From NCBI GenBank assembly GCA_903822115.1, contig CAIJNU010000040.1, forward strand, positions 1-46,780: DNA of 46,780 nt. Direction: 5' to 3'. Each line of letters starts with the position of its first letter. Within the stretch, counting starts at the first letter, position 1. This stretch comes from an uncultured Candidatus Peregrinibacteria bacterium (GTDB taxonomy: Bacteria; Patescibacteriota; Gracilibacteria; Peribacterales; Peribacteraceae). The translations under genes and the position numbers were made by a program. Shown piece by piece: positions 1 through 10,305 of this stretch. Below the pieces are notes generated by a model. The model did not search any database, was not told where the DNA came from, and saw only the letters and a program-made list of their open reading frames with translations.

Positions 1-1
1 C

Positions 2-107
2 GGATAACCCTCCACTCTCTTTGTTAGTTCCACAAATTGTTACCGTTAGGAGGGTAAAGGGGGTGTGGGGGACCTAGGGAACCGAACAAGGTTCCCTGGT
101 CCCCCAC
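2..107 (-). repeat. Dispersed structured repeat, module A, copy 1 (may continue beyond the window start)
   Basis: Reverse complement of 26-107 matches 40247-40328 at 81/82 nt, with weaker similarity out to 2/40352. Internal hairpin GTGGGGGACC(T)AGGGAACC-gaacaa-GGTTCCCTGGTCCCCCAC. Confidence 0.92.
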
Positions 108-152
108 GAAAAGACACATGACGAAGAAAAAAGGTTGCTACGAAAGAGAAAA

Positions 153-1118
153 CTATTTTTTCGCGAACATCGCTGCGATCAGCGCACGGATGAGGAGGCG
201 GGGATGCCTGAGGAAGAAGTGCAGAGCCTCCGAAGCACCGGCCCCTCCCACGCCGCGCTTGCCGTCGATCCTCCCTCGAAACTTCTGCGCCAGCAGATCA
301 ATCTGCGAAAGGAGCGCACGCTTTACTTTTTTCCGTTCCTCCCCGCGCGGCAGGAGTGCGATGAGAGTAGAGAAGCAGCGCAATCGATCGAAGAGCCCCG
401 AACCGTTTCGATCATTGCGCATGCTCGCGCCCCCGGCATGGACGCGAAAGATGCCGAGCTCTTCTCGAAGCACTTCGATGTCCGTGAGCAGCAGGCATCG
501 CACCCAGTACTCGAGGTCGAGTCCTTGCGGCATTTTTTCCCGAAATATTCCCACACAATCCGTGAGTGAGCGTCGCAGCATCACGAAGCTCGGTTCGCCG
601 ATGAGGTTGGGCCACAGTCCCTCCTCCGCCCATTTCATCAGAAACGCCTTCCCGTTTCCCGCTTGCATCCGCTTGCGTCGTTCTTCCTGTACGCGCTCGA
701 ATCCTCCCTCGACGAGGAACGTCTGCGCATCTTCTCCTTCCGCTTTGTATGTATGGAAAGAGCTGACGAGGCCGACCGATGCGCTCTCACGGAAGATGTG
801 TACGTTCTTCTCGAGGTACTCGCGGTACCACAGATCGTCCTGGAAGAGGAACTGCACGAATTCTCCCCGCGCCTGTGCGAGACAGGCGTTCCAATTGCCG
901 GCGATCCCCAGACGTTCTTCGCTCCGTGCGAAGCGGATGCGTTCATCGCGCAGGAAGGGTTCGACGAGAGCGCGAACATCGATGCCGGACGCATCGTCAT
1001 GAATGAACAGTGTCCAGTGCGGATACGATTGATTCAGTACGGATCCCACCGCGGCCTGAAGAAAGGCGGGGTCGGGGTTGAACGTCGGCATGAGGATGCT
1101 GACTGTTTGGTGCTCCAT
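153..1118 (-). CDS. Glycosyltransferase family 2 protein
   Basis: VSILMPTFN...SVLNQSY...IHDDAS...NWNACL...FLFQDD are GT-A/GT2 motifs. Start placed at ATG 1118, after a TAAGCT box. Confidence 0.9.
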   Translation of the reverse strand: MEHQTVSILMPTFNPDPAFLQAAVGSVLNQSYPHWTLFIHDDASGIDVRALVEPFLRDERIRFARSEERLGIAGNWNACLAQARGEFVQFLFQDDLWYREYLEKNVHIFRESASVGLVSSFHTYKAEGEDAQTFLVEGGFERVQEERRKRMQAGNGKAFLMKWAEEGLWPNLIGEPSFVMLRRSLTDCVGIFREKMPQGLDLEYWVRCLLLTDIEVLREELGIFRVHAGGASMRNDRNGSGLFDRLRCFSTLIALLPRGEERKKVKRALLSQIDLLAQKFRGRIDGKRGVGGAGASEALHFFLRHPRLLIRALIAAMFAKK

Positions 1119-1230
1119 CTCGCTCAGCTTAGAACATTTGTCGCACGCCACAAGTCTCGCTTCTCCGCCATTTTCAGCATCTTTTCTCCTTCCGTATCGA
1201 GCGATTTTGTCGCATCATGGATGCAGTTCC

Positions 1231-2985
1231 GTGCCTCGCGTTTCTCTCAAAATCGTCGGCGCTTCCGGTCAGGGGATCAACTCCATCGGAGAGATCCTTG
1301 CGAAGGGGCTCAAGCGCAGCGGCTACTGCGTGTTTGGATATCGCGAGTATCCGTCGCTCATCAAGGGCGGCCACGCAAGTTATCAACTCGATGTCTCCTC
1401 GGAGGAGATTGCCAGCACGGAGCGCACGGTGAATATTCTCGTCACACTCAATCATCACGGATTACAGAAGAATCTCGGAGATGTGAAGGAGGGGGGAGTG
1501 ATCGTCCATGCGGTGCAGGACTGGAAGTTCTCGGAGAGTGAACTCAAGCAGCTTTCACAGCGCAAGATCCGCGCCATCTTCCTCCCCGTCGATACGATTC
1601 TGGAAAAGTTGAAGGCGAAAGCAATTCTCGGGAATGTTCTCATCTCCGCGTTCGTCTGGGCGCTGCTCGGCCGAGACAAGGAATCCCTGAAGGCGCTCGT
1701 CGCGGAACGTTTCAAGAAGAAGCCGCAGCTCGTGGAAGCGAATATGCAGTGCATTGAGGAAGGATTTGGATTCACAGATCCCGCCGGTGCAGTGTCGATC
1801 GCGTTGCCACCACCACAGGATCGCTGGAAGAAGTGTCTGCTCATCACGGGAAGTCACGCGCTCGGGCTCGGAGCCGTCGCGGCGGGAGTTCGCTTCTTCG
1901 CGGGATATCCCATGACACCTTCAACGCCGCTGCTCACCGCAATGGCGGATATGCAGAACGAAACCGGCATGGCGATCAAGCAGGCTGAAGATGAGATCAC
2001 GGCGGCGCAGATGGTCTCCGGAGCGATGTATGCCGGCACGCGCGCTTTCACCACAACATCCGGCGGCGGGTTCGATCTCATGAGCGAGACGCTCTCGATG
2101 AACGGCATTATCGAGAACCCCGTCGTGTTCGTCGTCGCACAGCGGCCCGGCCCCGGCACGGGTCTTCCCACGTGGACCGCTCAGGCCGATCTCCTCATGA
2201 CGGTGTACACGGCGCACGGAGAATTCCCTCGTGCGGTGATCGGCGTCAGTGGCAGTGCGGATGCTTTTCCGCTCTTCGCCGGGGCCTTCAACCTTGCCGA
2301 GGAGTATCAGATTCCCGTCATCGTCCTCACGGATAAGCAGCTCATGGAGGGGCTCTACACGCAGGAGCCGTTCGATCCGTCGGCCGTCTCGATTCGTCGC
2401 GGCGCACTCGTCACGGATCCGGCGAAACTTGCGAAGCTTTCTGCGAATGACCGGTACGATCCGGCGACGAAGAGCGGCGTTTCCCAGAGGTGGCTTCCGG
2501 GGAGTGAGGCACAGACATTCTGTGCGCAGGCAGATGAGCACCGGCCCGACGGATCCTCCACCGAGGATGCGGCTGTGTCTCAGGCACAGATCAGCAAACG
2601 TTTGCGAAAAGGCGATGCGCTCAAAGCCGCTTTGCCCGAGCCCGAATTCTTCGGCAGCAAGCAGCCCGACATTCTGCTCATCGGATGGGGGAGCACGAAG
2701 ACGGTGATTCTCGATGCGTTGCGCGATGAGCAACTGCAGGGCAAGAAGGTCGGCTACCTCCACTACTCCTATCTCTGGCCGCTCAAGACCGACACCTTCG
2801 TCAAGCTTTCGAAGAGCGCGAAGAAGATCGTGCTCGTGGAAGGGAATGCGCAGGGTCAGCTCGGCAGTCTCCTGCGACAGGAGAGCGGCATCGAAATCCG
2901 CGAGAAGATTCTGAAGTTCGACGGACGTCCGTTCTTCTATGACGAGTTGATTGAGAGACTTCTTCCGATCGTTTCCAAATCATGA
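1231..2985 (+). CDS. korA: 2-oxoacid:ferredoxin oxidoreductase alpha subunit (fused gamma-alpha type)
   Basis: GASGQG, EYPSLIKGGH, AGYPMTP, QAEDEI, TSGGGF, QRPGPGTGLPT, VEGNAQGQLG. Start GTG 1231 inferred. Substrate not determinable. Confidence 0.9.
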   Translation: MPRVSLKIVGASGQGINSIGEILAKGLKRSGYCVFGYREYPSLIKGGHASYQLDVSSEEIASTERTVNILVTLNHHGLQKNLGDVKEGGVIVHAVQDWKFSESELKQLSQRKIRAIFLPVDTILEKLKAKAILGNVLISAFVWALLGRDKESLKALVAERFKKKPQLVEANMQCIEEGFGFTDPAGAVSIALPPPQDRWKKCLLITGSHALGLGAVAAGVRFFAGYPMTPSTPLLTAMADMQNETGMAIKQAEDEITAAQMVSGAMYAGTRAFTTTSGGGFDLMSETLSMNGIIENPVVFVVAQRPGPGTGLPTWTAQADLLMTVYTAHGEFPRAVIGVSGSADAFPLFAGAFNLAEEYQIPVIVLTDKQLMEGLYTQEPFDPSAVSIRRGALVTDPAKLAKLSANDRYDPATKSGVSQRWLPGSEAQTFCAQADEHRPDGSSTEDAAVSQAQISKRLRKGDALKAALPEPEFFGSKQPDILLIGWGSTKTVILDALRDEQLQGKKVGYLHYSYLWPLKTDTFVKLSKSAKKIVLVEGNAQGQLGSLLRQESGIEIREKILKFDGRPFFYDELIERLLPIVSKS

Positions 2986-3869
2986 GTATTCCCCTCGATA
3001 GCAGCGGCCCCCAGATGAAGGACTACGCCTCGTCTCAGATGTGCACGTGGTGCGATGCATGCGGCGATTACGGCATCTGGACAGCGATCAAAAAAGCGCT
3101 TGTGGAACTCAAAATCCACCCATGGCAGGCGCTCCTCTGCTTCGATGTCGGGTGTCACGGAAACATGGCCGATAAGCTCAACGGGTATCGCTTCCACGGG
3201 CTTCACGGTCGTGTCATTCCCTTCGCGGCGGGCGCGAAGATCGCCAATCGCACATTGCCGGTGATCGCCGTCGGCGGAGACGGGGCGAGCTTCTCGGAGG
3301 GGGTCGGGCACCTTGTCCACGCAATCCGTTCCAATTATCCGATCGTCTTCATCCTCCACAACAACGCGAACTACGGGCTCACCACCGGCCAAGCCAGCGC
3401 GCTCACGCCGAAGGGGCAGAAGATGAACGTGAGTCCCAACGGCATTCCCGAGCGCATGCTCCCCTCGATGGATTTCGTCTTCTCTTTGCAACCGACCTTC
3501 GTGGCGCGTGGATTTTCCGGAGACATTCCGCAACTTACGGGGATCTTGAAAGAGGCGATCGCGCACCGCGGGTTCGCATTCGTCGACGTGCTGCAGTCCT
3601 GTCCGACGTACAACCACTTCGCGACGCACGACTACCTTCTCGAACACTGTTACGACGTGGGGAAAGAAGGGCATGATGCGAAGAACTTTGAGAAGGCGCG
3701 GCAGCTCGCCGTCGACACGTCGCAGCGCATCGCTACCGGCGTGCTCTATCGCGACGAAGACGTGCCGGACTTCTGCGAGGAGCTCGTGCCGAGGAAGGGG
3801 AAGACGACGGAATTGATCGAGGAGGTGCAGAGCGCGGACATCACGCGTTTCTATCCGGAATTCATCTGA
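2982..3869 (+). CDS. korB: 2-oxoacid:ferredoxin oxidoreductase beta subunit (TPP-binding)
   Basis: TWCDACG, LHGR, GGDG...HNNANYGLTTGQAS, QSCPTYN; ATGA overlap with the alpha subunit stop. Confidence 0.9.
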   Translation: MSIPLDSSGPQMKDYASSQMCTWCDACGDYGIWTAIKKALVELKIHPWQALLCFDVGCHGNMADKLNGYRFHGLHGRVIPFAAGAKIANRTLPVIAVGGDGASFSEGVGHLVHAIRSNYPIVFILHNNANYGLTTGQASALTPKGQKMNVSPNGIPERMLPSMDFVFSLQPTFVARGFSGDIPQLTGILKEAIAHRGFAFVDVLQSCPTYNHFATHDYLLEHCYDVGKEGHDAKNFEKARQLAVDTSQRIATGVLYRDEDVPDFCEELVPRKGKTTELIEEVQSADITRFYPEFI

Positions 3870-3911
3870 TGGAAGCCAAAAAATCTACTTCTCCTTCACT
3901 ATACTGATTCC

Positions 3912-4586
3912 ATGCGCATCGATGTCCTGACGCTCTTCCCCGGGATGTTCAACGGGCCTCTCACCGAGAGCATCCTCGCGCGCGCGCAGGATCGAAAATT
4001 GCTGCAGGTGAATCTCCATGATTTGCGGCAGTTCGGAACGGGGAAGTACAGGCAGGTGGATGACTCTCCGTACGGAGGCGGGGCGGGAATGGTGATGCGA
4101 CCGGATGTGATCGTCCCGGCCATCGAGAAACTCGCGGAAGAGAAGAGGGGGAAGAAAAGTAACAAGAAGGAGAAACGTGCGTGGAGGATCTACCTCTCTC
4201 CGCGCGGCGAAAAATTGACGCAGGAGCGTGTGGAGAAGCTCGCGAAGAAGGATCGGCTCCTCCTCCTCTGCGGTCACTACGAAGGAATCGATCAACGTAT
4301 TTGCGACGGATGGATCGACGAGGAAATTTCCATCGGCGATTACGTCCTCACCGGCGGCGAACTTCCCGCGATGGTATTGATCGATGCGGTGGCGCGTCAG
4401 ATTCCGGGGGTGCTCGGCAAGGACGAATCCGCCGCCGCCGAGAGCTTCTCGAAGGCGCTCGATCGCAAGAAAGAGTATCCGCACTACACGCGACCCGAAG
4501 TCTTCCGTGGGAAGAAAGTTCCGCCCGTCCTCCTCTCCGGCAATCACCGGAAGATTGAGGAGTGGCGGAAGGATCACCTGCAATGA
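3912..4586 (+). CDS. trmD: tRNA (guanine37-N1)-methyltransferase
   Basis: MRIDVLTLFP, VDDSPYGGGAGMV, CGHYEGIDQR, SIGDYVLTGGE, YPHYTRP. Confidence 0.98.
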   Translation: MRIDVLTLFPGMFNGPLTESILARAQDRKLLQVNLHDLRQFGTGKYRQVDDSPYGGGAGMVMRPDVIVPAIEKLAEEKRGKKSNKKEKRAWRIYLSPRGEKLTQERVEKLAKKDRLLLLCGHYEGIDQRICDGWIDEEISIGDYVLTGGELPAMVLIDAVARQIPGVLGKDESAAAESFSKALDRKKEYPHYTRPEVFRGKKVPPVLLSGNHRKIEEWRKDHLQ

Positions 4587-4855
4587 ATATGCTCACCGAA
4601 CTCCAGCAGACATTGGCGCGAGAGGGAAAGGTCTCCTTCTCATTGCGCGTGCGTCCGAATGCTCGGCAAACCCAGATCGTTTCCGTGATGGAGGATGACA
4701 GCGTGAAGATCGCGCTCGCGGCGCCGGCAGAGGAAGGAAAGGCGAACGCGGAGTTGATCCGGTTTCTATCCGAACAATTTGGAGTCCATGCTTCTCACGT
4801 GGAGATTCTCGCCGGCGGAAGCGGCCGACGGAAGGTCGTGCGGATCTCAGCGTAA
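4583..4855 (+). CDS. DUF167 (YggU/UPF0235) family protein
   Basis: LRVRPNA...ALAAPAEEGKANAELIRFLS...EILAGGSGRRK; ATGA-coupled to trmD. Confidence 0.88.
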   Translation: MNMLTELQQTLAREGKVSFSLRVRPNARQTQIVSVMEDDSVKIALAAPAEEGKANAELIRFLSEQFGVHASHVEILAGGSGRRKVVRISA

Positions 4856-5530
4856 GCGCTTCTCCGTCCCCCTCAGAAATCCCGGTATCACTCCCGCGAG
4901 GCATCCCCACGCGAAGTACCAGAAGAGTTCGGTCCATGGTGTTCCCATCCAGAGCATCATGCCGAGCCGCGTCCCCCTAAGCAGCCACGCGTGCTCCCAC
5001 CAGTGCGGTGCGAGGAATCCGAAGAGGATGACGTAGAGCGGGATGGCGAGGAGTGTGAGGATCAATCCCGTCGCGAGAGCGGGCCAGAGGAGATCTCTGC
5101 GAATACCGATCATGATTCCCGCGATCAGAAGAAATAAAAGCGCACTCACGATGACCGAGTTGAAGCCGAGGGTGTTGACGAAGAGTAACATTCCGCCAAC
5201 GCCGAAGAGGAACAGTACGCTGAAGAGGAAGGAGTGCGGGACGCCGCGAAATTCCTCCTCACGTTTGAAGAACACATCGAAGAGCACGGCGGAGAATCCC
5301 GCAACGGCGAATCCCGCGAGCAAATCCTCGGGCACCGTGAAGCCGTAGATGATCGAGGGCGGGTGCCAGTAATCCTTCAAGTGCCAGAACTCCGAGAGGA
5401 TTCCCGCAATGGCTCCGATGATCCCCGCGCGCAGCAGCAAATGACGTTGGTCGCGTCGGGTGGCGTACGCTGCGAGCCACCAGGCGAGGAAGTACAAGCC
5501 GAGGATGGCGTAGGCGAAGCGTTCGATCAT
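4847..5530 (-). CDS. Multi-pass membrane protein, lycopene cyclase domain-like
   Basis: Two hydrophobic halves each ending W...P-E(D/E)-L (DYWHPP...PEDLL; WW...PWTELFW), resembling membrane lycopene-cyclase-domain repeats. Function uncertain. Confidence 0.55.
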   Translation of the reverse strand: MIERFAYAILGLYFLAWWLAAYATRRDQRHLLLRAGIIGAIAGILSEFWHLKDYWHPPSIIYGFTVPEDLLAGFAVAGFSAVLFDVFFKREEEFRGVPHSFLFSVLFLFGVGGMLLFVNTLGFNSVIVSALLFLLIAGIMIGIRRDLLWPALATGLILTLLAIPLYVILFGFLAPHWWEHAWLLRGTRLGMMLWMGTPWTELFWYFAWGCLAGVIPGFLRGTEKRLR

Positions 5531-6204
5531 CGTTTCTGAGTGTGCTGGATCCATGCGCGCAGATCCGCGTACGGCTGCAGTCCGATTTTCTTCTCCTCTT
5601 GGAGGATCAGCGTCGGTGCGAGCGTTACGCCGTAGTGCAGAGCCAGCGATTCCTGCTCTTGTACTGCGGCGGAGGCAGCGGGGGAGGAGAGACAGGTAGT
5701 GAGTTTCGGGAGATCGAGACCGAGAGATTTAGCAGCGGAGAGCGTGGCCGTCTCTGAGTGCTTGGGGAGAGAGAAGAGCGCGTCGTGCATTACCATACCC
5801 TTCCCCTGCGCGGCGGCGCAGAAGAGTGTTCGCATTTCCCGCTCGCTCTCGGGATACTTCTTCATCGGCAGAATGGCGATCTCAAGATGCAACGTGCTGG
5901 GAGCGACGAAGTCCGTCTGCAGGCGGGGCACGTCTTGTTCGAAGAATTCCTTACAGTACGAGCAGGAGGGATTGGTGAAAGCAATGAGTGTGAGCGGCGC
6001 CGTGCTCTTGCCGATCTCCAGCAGGCTCCCCGACGTATAGGCGAATGGAAGAACAGCGACGGCTCTCTGCGAATCGATCGGGGACAGTGATGATGATGCG
6101 ATTTCGGAGGAGGTCCCCGTCTGTTGTGTCGACGGGGTGAGTGCAAAAGGCGTGCAAGCGGCGAGCAGCGGCAGCGCGAGGAAGAGGAAACGGAGCTTTC
6201 GCAT
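5527..6204 (-). CDS. DsbA/thioredoxin-fold lipoprotein
   Basis: Lipobox LAAC, CSYC redox motif, GVTLAPT cis-Pro loop. Confidence 0.85.
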   Translation of the reverse strand: MRKLRFLFLALPLLAACTPFALTPSTQQTGTSSEIASSSLSPIDSQRAVAVLPFAYTSGSLLEIGKSTAPLTLIAFTNPSCSYCKEFFEQDVPRLQTDFVAPSTLHLEIAILPMKKYPESEREMRTLFCAAAQGKGMVMHDALFSLPKHSETATLSAAKSLGLDLPKLTTCLSSPAASAAVQEQESLALHYGVTLAPTLILQEEKKIGLQPYADLRAWIQHTQKR

Positions 6205-6270
6205 GCTTCGAGGATACCGCAGTCGCCTTCCTTATCCAAAAGACCGATGTGCTGTGCTACGATGCGGTGA

Positions 6271-7029
6271 GTGCCGGACGGGAATTTCGAAGCATCGGCG
6301 AAGGTGACGCTCCTGGGTGCTCCCATCGATGCGGTTTCGATGGACGAAACGGTGGCGAGGATTCATCGCTTCCTCGACGAACAGCGCCAGCATCAGATCA
6401 TCACCCCCAACAGCGAGATGCTCAGGGAGGCGGCGAAGAACCGCGAGTTTCGGGACGTGCTGAGTCGCAGCAGTCTCAATCTTCCCGACGGAGCGGGGCT
6501 TCTGCTTATGGCGCGCCTCACGGGGCAGAGACTCCCGTACCGCGTGACGGGAACGGATACGCTTCAGATCCTCTGCCGGGATCTCGGGCCGGAATATCCC
6601 GTGTTCTTTCTCGGCGCGGGGCCGGGCGTCGCCGAGCGCGCGGCGCAGGAGCTCAAGGCGAGAAATCCCCGATTGAAGATCGTCGGAACGTATGCCGGTT
6701 CTCCGAGCGAGAGCGACGCCGCGGACATCGTCGCGCGCATCAATGCGGCGAATCCCGTACTCCTCTTCGTTGCGTTCGGAGCTCCGCGTCAGGAAATGTG
6801 GATCGCGCAGCATCTCTCCTCGCTCACGAGCGTGAAAGTCGCGATGGGGATCGGCGGGGCTTTTGATTTCATCGCGGGCGTGCAGAAGCGCGCCCCCGCG
6901 CTCTTTCGATCAGTGGGGTTGGAGTGGCTCTGGCGCGTCGTGCGCGAGCCGAAGAGAATCGGGCGCATCTGGAATGCGGTCGTTGTGTTTCCGTCTCTCG
7001 TTGCACGGTACGGCAGGGAAGCTCCGTAG
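6271..7029 (+). CDS. WecB/TagA/CpsF family glycosyltransferase
   Basis: ITPNSE, LPDGAG, RVTGTD, FVAFGAPRQE, GIGGAFDF, RAP...GLEWLWR. Confidence 0.95.
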   Translation: MPDGNFEASAKVTLLGAPIDAVSMDETVARIHRFLDEQRQHQIITPNSEMLREAAKNREFRDVLSRSSLNLPDGAGLLLMARLTGQRLPYRVTGTDTLQILCRDLGPEYPVFFLGAGPGVAERAAQELKARNPRLKIVGTYAGSPSESDAADIVARINAANPVLLFVAFGAPRQEMWIAQHLSSLTSVKVAMGIGGAFDFIAGVQKRAPALFRSVGLEWLWRVVREPKRIGRIWNAVVVFPSLVARYGREAP

Positions 7030-7030
7030 A

Positions 7031-7345
7031 TCAGTGCAGCTGTTCTTCCAGTTCCACGAACCAGTTGTTCGGTCCGCGCCTGAGTCGGATGAGTTCGGAG
7101 CCGCTCTTCGTTTGCACGAGGTAGTCGCGTTCCTTGGTCTTCTCCCTCAGCAACGTACTCGAACTGATCTGTTCGTCGGGGAGGAGGAGGTAGAGAGCGA
7201 TGTCGGGCTTCTCCGTGAGCGCGGCTGTCAGGTTGAAGCTCGCGCGGGCGAGTGTCGCGGCGACGCCGACGATGAGCGCGCTGACGAGCACCGCCCAGAA
7301 GTACGTGTGCGTGAAGCGCAATTTCGATAGATTTTTGATGTCCAT
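7031..7345 (-). CDS. Small hypothetical protein with N-terminal membrane anchor
   Basis: Non-overlapping part of the ORF (MDIKNLSK...), TATAAT upstream, one hydrophobic helix. Confidence 0.7.
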   Translation of the reverse strand: MDIKNLSKLRFTHTYFWAVLVSALIVGVAATLARASFNLTAALTEKPDIALYLLLPDEQISSSTLLREKTKERDYLVQTKSGSELIRLRRGPNNWFVELEEQLH

Positions 7346-7396
7346 GTTCACCACTATTATAGCGCAAATCGCTCCTCTGCGGTAGTGTAGAAGTCC

Positions 7397-8905
7397 GTGA
7401 AGAAGCTCTGTCTCATCATCATCGATGGATTCGGCGTTGCGCCTCCCGGCCCCGGGAATGCGCGTCTTCTGGCCAAAATGCCGACGATAACGCGCTTGGA
7501 GAAGGAGGTGCCCAATGTGATCATGGCCGCTTCGGGGAACGCGGCGGGGTTGCCTCAGGGGCAGCAGGGGGCGAGTGAGCCGGGTCACCTCGTGATGGGG
7601 GCAGGGCGCATCGTGTGGCAGCCGCTTGAGGAAATTAATCTCGCCATACGATCGAAGAAATTTTTCGGAAATCCCGTTCTCGTTTCCGCGTGCGATCGGG
7701 CGAAAGTGAGGAAGGTTCCGCTTCACCTCTTCGTCATTTTCTCCTTCGGCGGTGTGCACGGTCACATCGATCACCTCTTTGCCATGATGGAGCTTGCGAA
7801 GGAGCGCGGTGTCGAGGAAGTGATTCTTCATCTCGTCGGTGACGGTCGCGATGTTCCCAAGCAGCAGTTCTGCAAGGACTTCGAAGTGCTCTGCGAGAAG
7901 CTGAAGACGATGCCCTTCGCGAAAGTCGCGTCTCTCATCGGTCGGTACTATGCGATGGATCGTGACAAGCAGTACGCGGATCGCACGCAACTCTCCTACC
8001 GTTTACTGACACAGGGGGAGGGGGAGGAGGTCGAGGATCTGTGCGACGGTGCGAAGCGATGGTACGACAGCGCTCCCGAGGATCAGAAGACCGACTACTA
8101 CATCCGTCCGCTCAAGACGAAAGATTTTCGGGAGGTGAAACCCGGTGACGTTTTCGTCGATCTCAATTTCCGGTCCGATCGCCAGATACAGATCGTCTCG
8201 GCATTGAACAATGAGACGTTTGAGGAATTTCCCCGGCCGATTCGCATCGAGGATGTGGTCTGCATGGGGCCGTACTCGGATCATCTCCCCGTTGCGTATC
8301 CCGCAACACCCGTTCCCAATACATTGGGAGAGGTTGTGTCGAAGGCGGGGCTGAAGCAGTTGAGGATCGCGGAGACGGACAAGATGGCGCACGTGACGTT
8401 CTTCTTCAATGCGCAGAGACAGGAGCCTTTTGGGGGAGAGGATCGCATTCTCATCGAATCTCCGAAAGTGCCGAACTTCGCCGAGGCTCCCGAAATGAGT
8501 GCGGAGAAACTTACGACGACATTGATCGAAAAGGTTGAGACTGAGATGTATGGTTTCATCGTTGCCAACTACGCCAATCCCGATCTCGTGGGACACGGCG
8601 CCGATCTTGCAGCGGAAATCATTGCCTGCGAAACCGTCGATAAAAATCTTGCGCGACTCCTCCCCATACTCGATGCGCATGGGTACGACTGGATCGTCAC
8701 AGCGGATCATGGCAATGCGGAGGAGAAGTACCTTCGGGGGACGACGACTATTTCTCCGAGCCATACGACGAATCCCGTACAGACATTCGTGCACTCATCG
8801 CTTATCACCTCTTCCGATCAGCTGAAACAATGCACGGGCATCAAGGATATCGCGCCTCTCTGCTTGAAGATTCTCGGTCTCCCCGTCCCTGCTGAAATGC
8901 GGTGA
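7397..8905 (+). CDS. gpmI: 2,3-bisphosphoglycerate-independent phosphoglycerate mutase
   Basis: IIDGFG, GASEPGH, GGVHGH, DGRD, GRYYAMDRD, NFRSDR, NYANPDLVGH, TADHGNAE, HTTNPV. Confidence 0.96.
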   Translation: MKKLCLIIIDGFGVAPPGPGNARLLAKMPTITRLEKEVPNVIMAASGNAAGLPQGQQGASEPGHLVMGAGRIVWQPLEEINLAIRSKKFFGNPVLVSACDRAKVRKVPLHLFVIFSFGGVHGHIDHLFAMMELAKERGVEEVILHLVGDGRDVPKQQFCKDFEVLCEKLKTMPFAKVASLIGRYYAMDRDKQYADRTQLSYRLLTQGEGEEVEDLCDGAKRWYDSAPEDQKTDYYIRPLKTKDFREVKPGDVFVDLNFRSDRQIQIVSALNNETFEEFPRPIRIEDVVCMGPYSDHLPVAYPATPVPNTLGEVVSKAGLKQLRIAETDKMAHVTFFFNAQRQEPFGGEDRILIESPKVPNFAEAPEMSAEKLTTTLIEKVETEMYGFIVANYANPDLVGHGADLAAEIIACETVDKNLARLLPILDAHGYDWIVTADHGNAEEKYLRGTTTISPSHTTNPVQTFVHSSLITSSDQLKQCTGIKDIAPLCLKILGLPVPAEMR

Positions 8906-8971
8906 AGGAAGTCGGAGGAAAGAATCGCAACCAATTTCCCTTCGCGCGCACCCGACGCTATTCTGTGGTCG

Positions 8972-10303
8972 ATGCAGGAGATCACGTACCGAACGCCGAA
9001 ATTTTTCGATGAGCTGGCAGCAGCGAAGGAGAAGCACGTGCACGTAATTCTCATCGCGACGAAGCCGGATATCATCAAGCAGATTCCGATGTATCGCGAG
9101 CTCAAGAAGCGCAAGCACCTCGTGCTTCTCGGACACACCGGACAGCATTACAGCGAAAATCTGAGCGGAGGAATGCTGAAGGAGTTCGGCGTCGAACCGG
9201 ATTTCAATTTGAACGTTCGAGGCGCTCCCTACGAAGTCGTGAGCCAGATCATCGGGAGGCTCGGGTTCGTCTTCGCGGAGATGAAGCGTCTCGGGAAGAT
9301 CGTCATTCCCTACGTGCACGGCGACACCACCACCGCCATGGCCGCGAGCAACGCGGGATTCTTCCACGGATTCGCATCGGTGCACGTGGAGGCTGGGATC
9401 CGCACGCTCACTCCCGCATATCATCTTTCCCCGCTCATTTCGCAGAAGGCGGGAACTGTCGACGTGGAAGCATGGAGAACGTTCCTCATGGATCGCAATA
9501 ACTGGGAGCGCGGGAGCCTCGAGCCGTACCCCGAACAGTTCAACACACGCTGCAGCGAGGCGGCGACGGGAGTGCATCTCGCGCCCGTCGAGCTTGATCG
9601 AGAATTCCTCCTCGCGGAAGGATAGTCCGCCGACCGCATCGCCGTCGTGGGAAATTCCGTCGTCGATGCCACGCTGGAAGCGGTGGAACGTTCCGCGGAT
9701 TCGAAGATTTTCGATCAATACCCGATGTTGAAGAATGGCGACTTCGTGCGCTTCTGCGTCCATCGGAGGGAGAACTGCGGTTCCGATCGTCGCTTCCTCG
9801 CCATCTACGGCGCGATGAAGGAACTGATAGAGGAGGGGCGCGGCGTTCTCCTCATTTCGCTCTTCCAGACGGAGGAAGCGCTGAAGAGGCTTGGGCTGAA
9901 GGAGGAGGTCGAGAAGCTCGTAAGCTCGCATCCGAATTTCATCTACTCGCCCGTGTGGCCCAAGTACGGCGACGTCATCGCGGCGATGCGCAACGCCGCG
10001 GTGTGTGCCACGGATTCGGGATCGATGCAGGAGGAGATGAATGTGCTCGGCGTCCCCTGCGTGACGCTGCGCTTCGGATCGGATCGCAGTGAATCCGCGA
10101 TGAACGGCGGCAACATCATCGCGCCTCCTGTCTCCTCGCACATTGTGAAGGAGTCGATTCTCTACAGTTGGAAAAATGAGAAGATGCGACAGGCGCCGAA
10201 GATCTACGGGGGAGGGGTGAGTGAGAAGTCGATCGACGTCGTCGAGAAAATTCTGAAGAAAGGAGAGATATTCCGCGCCGACGAAGAGCGCCTCCATCTC
10301 TGA
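8972..10303 (+). pseudogene. wecB: UDP-N-acetylglucosamine 2-epimerase (non-hydrolysing) interrupted by a single in-frame TAG at 9623-9625
   Basis: ATKPDIIK, HTGQHY, VHGDT, HVEAGIR upstream of the stop; VVGNSVVDA, HRREN, TDSGSMQEE downstream in the same frame. Confidence 0.85.
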
Positions 10304-10305
10304 TC

